Shown here: positions 59,368 to 64,000 of the stretch, piece after piece
How positions within the stretch are numbered: the first letter of the stretch is position 1
Layout of the letters: every line of letters begins with the position of its first letter
Assembly: GCF_009914755.1 (NCBI RefSeq)
Contig: NC_060927.1
Source: the human T2T-CHM13v2.0 reference genome, Homo sapiens
DNA length: 64,000 nt
Direction: 5' to 3' (one strand)
Notes under the pieces: model-generated
Databases searched by the model: none
Told to the model about the DNA's origin: nothing
Seen by the model: the letters and a program-made list of their open reading frames with translations, nothing else
Made by a program: the position numbers and the translations under genes

Positions 59368-59980
59368 ATGGTGGTAGGGCAGCATTCTTAAGGCGATCCC
59401 CCACAATTACTGTTCCTTGGCTATTCAATCAAACACTAATCTAGGTACTGCAGTGTAGGGATTTTGCAAGTGTAATTAAAGTCTCAAGTCAATTGATTTG
59501 AAGATACAGATATTATGTGGGTGGACCAGACCCAACCAGATGAGCCCTTTAAAAGCAGTTTCCTCTGGCTGGTGGCAGAAGGGGAAGTCAGAGATATTCA
59601 AAGAACAAGAGGGATTCAGCAGGCCACTCTGGCTTTGAAGCTGCAGGGGAGTCACGTGCAAGGCCTGGAGAGCAGCCTCTAGGAATGAGGAGTAACCTCC
59701 TACCGACAGCTAGCAAGGAAATGCAGACCTCACACCTACAACTAGATTCAGCCAATAACCTGGATGAGCTTGAAAGTGGATTCTTCCCCTGGAGCCTCCA
59801 GATAAGAAATCAGCCAGCTTGGCTGACAACTTGATTTCAATCTTATGAGACCCCCGAGCAAAGAACCCAGTCAAGCCCAGCTTCTGACTTAGAAAACTAT
59901 GAGCTAATCGATGAGCATTGTTTTCACAGCTGCTAGGTTTGTGGTATTTTTGTTTTACAGCAACAAAAACTAAGACCACA
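59368..59980 (+). mobile_element. MLT1E-type MaLR solo LTR
   Basis: tattcaatcaaacactaatctaggtactgc...gcagcctctagga...gagcctccagataaga...acagcaacaaaaacta. Confidence 0.85.
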
Positions 59981-60334
59981 ACCTTCTTCTAACTTAATAA
60001 GCTTTTTAATTTTTCCTGAAGATTTTTCAGTATTAATATGTACTACAAAATGGTCCATTTATATTTGTAGAGGGGTTGGCCTGGGGAGATATGCAGAAGC
60101 CAAGGAGGATGCAGAACAAATCTTCATGAAGTTGGACTGTCTACATATCGTAGGACATCTAGCCAGTAGCATCTCCAGTCATTGTGGCAATTGAAATACT
60201 CTCACAATTTTCCAAAATGCACTCTGAAGTGGTGAAGTGAAGTGGTGGCACTGCTTTGTTGAGGTCCACCAAGAATCACTGGATAAGAATAAGCACACCT
60301 CATCAAAAAAAATTTAGATGACTTGCCATATTCA

Positions 60335-60724
<390 letters not shown>

Positions 60725-63183
60725 TTAGTTTTAAAATTTAACCTCAATGTAAAATTGCCATTTGCACAATAAATTACTTGGAAACATCTTTTCAAAGTTT
60801 CTAAAATTTGAACTAGGGGAATTATTTTTGTAGGTTACCAACAATTCTGTTCAATTTCATTTTTAATCCAAGGTAAAACAATAACAACAAAGCCCCAAAA
60901 AGTTTAAGAAGTCTCAAAGGGAACAGAAACCCAAGCAGCTTTCAAGACCTCAGCTGCAGCCCATGGACTTAATGTGATTCATCTACAGTGATTCCCCATC
61001 TCTGTCTTTCAATTCAAAATTCCAAATTCTTGGGAGGAAAAAAAAAACCTGACTAGCCCACTCTGGCTCAGTTACGCACCCCTGGATCAGCCAGCTATGG
61101 CCTAAGATGCAGAGTCAGGGAATAGAGATGTAGCTGCTAAGGGTCCAGCCTTGAGAACCAGACAAATTCCAGAGAGGATACGCTGAGCTGGGCAGCTCCA
61201 CAGACATGTCCACGACACTTGTTTTACGGTGCAGAGGTCCATAACCAATTTGAGTTACATCTACCAATATTTGATTTGTTTTAGGAATTATCATATTCTA
61301 CACATATATGATTTCATTCTTGCTTAAAACTTAATAATAATAATATATAGTCTTCAAGGATAGACACCAAAATGTTAACAGTGGTTATCTTTAGATTATG
61401 ACTGCTATGCATTTTCTTCTGCATCTGAATTTTTTCTACAATGAATATATAGTACTTATTACTGGGGGAAAACACCTTTCCACTCTCTTCTGGTTTCTAT
61501 AAGGATGGATTTCCACCACATAGTACTAGTCTCCTTTAATTACTTTACCTCTGGAAAGGATGACTCATTTGAGCGTAAATTTGGGAAGAATAAATGGGGT
61601 GTGTTCAATTCAGCTCCACTAGAGAGGTTTCATAGAGAACCTCAAGTTTTCATGGTTTCTTCTAAGACAGCCCATCTGCTGCTGCTCAGGACAGGGTGAG
61701 TGGTGAGTCTAACTGTGGAGTTCAGTTAGCAAACCCATTTGACTCGCACACTAAAGCATGTCCTCAGCCTTTATCACTAATAAAGGTGATTTTTAGGATC
61801 CTTATGTAACTCCTTTGAGTTACTGCTCAATGTTCAGAACATAAACAAGCAAAAGGGTGTTGGTTATTCACTGGGCTCCCTCAGACTCCAAACATGTTTT
61901 CAAAATCCTTTTACATCCAATTTTTAAGGACGAAATAGGTAAAAAGATTCCTCAATTATCATTATTTTTCCTTTATCACTTAATTTCACCTTTCTTGCTA
62001 TTTCCACCCCTATAATTTACTAATTCATTATTTGCTTAATTTTCATATTTTGATAGTGAAATGTTGAAGTCTCACAGAACTTAAAAGTGGGGAAAAATGT
62101 AAGGTCACCTAATCCAGTGTATTCACTGCACATAATGAATCGAGGGCGAGAGAGGTTAAGATCAAGGTCACAGGGCTAATTAATGGCAAAACCAAGTCTT
62201 CATACCCAAACTGTGACACCTCTTAAGAACAATTCTATTTTTTAACTTCTATAGCATTTCTGCCAGCTTTTTACATATTTTGTTTCTCTGTTCAGATAAT
62301 CATTCATTCATCATATGATTTCACCAACATGTGTCTCCCATGTTCTTGCTACTGACAAACTGTGAACTAAGGTTCTCTTCAGCTTCTGCTCCGAAATCAA
62401 CTTTATCTTATGCTGTAACTGGGTAGTCCTGCTTTTCTTGACACTTGGTCATGGCAAGCTGGTTTGTCCCTTAGTAAACTTAAAGTCAGTCTCATAAACA
62501 ACAGATTGTTAGACTTTAGTTTTTAACCAGTAACCATCATTTCATCTTTTCATCTTGATAAATTTAATCAGTCCATTTGTATAAACATAAAAAATGATGT
62601 ATTTTTACTATACTCTATTATGCTATAGGTTTATTATTCTCCTGCCATTAAAAAAATTAACAGGATTTGTAGATGTAAAACTCTATTTCTCTTTAAATCG
62701 AAAAATAAAATAAGCTGCCTATTGTCTTCCTTTTTCAAAAAACTTTAAAATCTTATTTTCCTCATTCATCTTGTTTTCAATTACATATAATATAGAATTT
62801 TATTTTAAAAAATTACATGTTTCATGTGATATATAAATATATACTAAAGTATATTAAAAGTGGTAATCTTTTACTCCCCCCTTGCCCCAAAATACCACGC
62901 CCCTCCAGAGGTAAGCTCTAATTAACAGTTTGATATATACTCTTCCATACCTTTTTCAGTATCTGCAATTGTGCTTTTATTCCCTATTGATTTTCCTAAT
63001 CTGAAAACATCAGCATATAACTATTCTATTATCAATTTAAAAATTTATGAACTCTGGAGTGATACAAAATTTACATCGTTATGTTTATCCTCCTTCCCAC
63101 TTCATTCTATCCTGGTAAAATCTGAAATATCTTATGGGATTCCACATGATCACACTGCATTCTGTACCGTGGTCTAAAGGCTT

Positions 63184-63678
63184 ATACTGTGCAGCCACTA
63201 GCCATATGTGCCTATTTAAACTTAAATAAAGAGTAAAGAATTTTCATTTTTTTTTTTTTTGGAAAACAGGGTCTTGCTCTGTCTCCTAGACTTGGAGTGC
63301 AGTGGAGTGACCATAACTTACTTCAGCCTGAAACTCCTGGGCTCAAGCGATTCTCCTGCCTTAGCCTCCCGAGTAGCTAGGACTAATATGCGCCACTGTA
63401 TCCGGCTAATTTTTTAAATTTTTAAAATTTTTTGCAGAGGCGAGGTCTTGCTATATTGCCCAAGCTGGTCTTGAACTCCTGGCCTGAAGCGATCCTCCCA
63501 CCTTGGCCTTCCAAAGTGCTGGGATTACAGGTGTCAGCCACCACTCCTGACCAAAAGTAAATAAAATTAAAAACTCAGTTTCTCAGACCCACTAGCCACA
63601 TTTTAAGTGACTAGTGGCTACTGTTTTGGACAGCGTTCCAACGTTATCACTGCAGAAAGTCCTATTGGACAGTGCTAG
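63184..63678. mobile_element. MER3/MER33-like element split by a minus-strand AluJ (63247-63552)
   Basis: gcagccactagccatatgtg before the Alu; cactagccacattttaagtg...gaaagtcctattggacagtgct after it. Confidence 0.8.
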
Positions 63679-64000
63679 TCTGAAAACTTGGTTAATTTTA
63701 TTTATTTATATAACAGTTACTCTTTGATAACAGCTAACTACTCTGATTAAAGTTAAATAATCTTTGGTAAGGTGCTTTCAAAGTTCCATTAGCTTTTCTA
63801 AGTGTTTTCAAAATGTTTCCAGCTTTAGGAAACTGCATGGTCTGTTATCCAGGAACCTAATATTTCCTACTACACGGGGATTTTTTCTTCTTTCAAGTTT
63901 AAGGTCCCAAGTTGTTTTTAACTATTACATTTTAAAATCTGCTCTTTTATGCTGGAAATTGTTTAAGTACTCAGGAAGGGAAGAAATTTTTTTGTTGTGG

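Noticed and set aside
61549-61618. 70-nt AG...GTAAAG exon-like segment on the minus strand
   Set aside because: Short pyrimidine tract and an immediate stop; no better than chance in an intron this large.

Overview
Human (Alu-rich) genomic DNA lying entirely inside the minus-strand gene HACD2 (PTPLB, very-long-chain 3-hydroxyacyl-CoA dehydratase 2). Only two coding exons are present: a 19-nt microexon (55899-55917, ILHCAI-G) and an 89-nt exon (16363-16451, [30 protein letters not shown]), separated by a 39,447-bp intron. The rest is intronic and repeat-dominated: about 35 Alus including a young AluYa5, L1, L2, MIR, MaLR/ERVL solo LTRs, Tigger and hAT elements, microsatellites and a 54-bp minisatellite. 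Almost all ORFs in the track are Alu-derived or chance ORFs. I see no CRISPR array or novel multi-gene system. The most unusual structure is a complex templated rearrangement at about 41.26-42.28 kb: a 92-bp inverted duplication, a 65-bp-arm hairpin and a direct duplication, joined by a recurring AT palindrome. Also notable are a frame-restoring cryptic acceptor inside the 89-nt exon, inverted Alu pairs bracketing the microexon, CTCF/GATA/ETS motif candidates and several candidate cryptic exons. Repeat family names were assigned by eye and boundaries are approximate.
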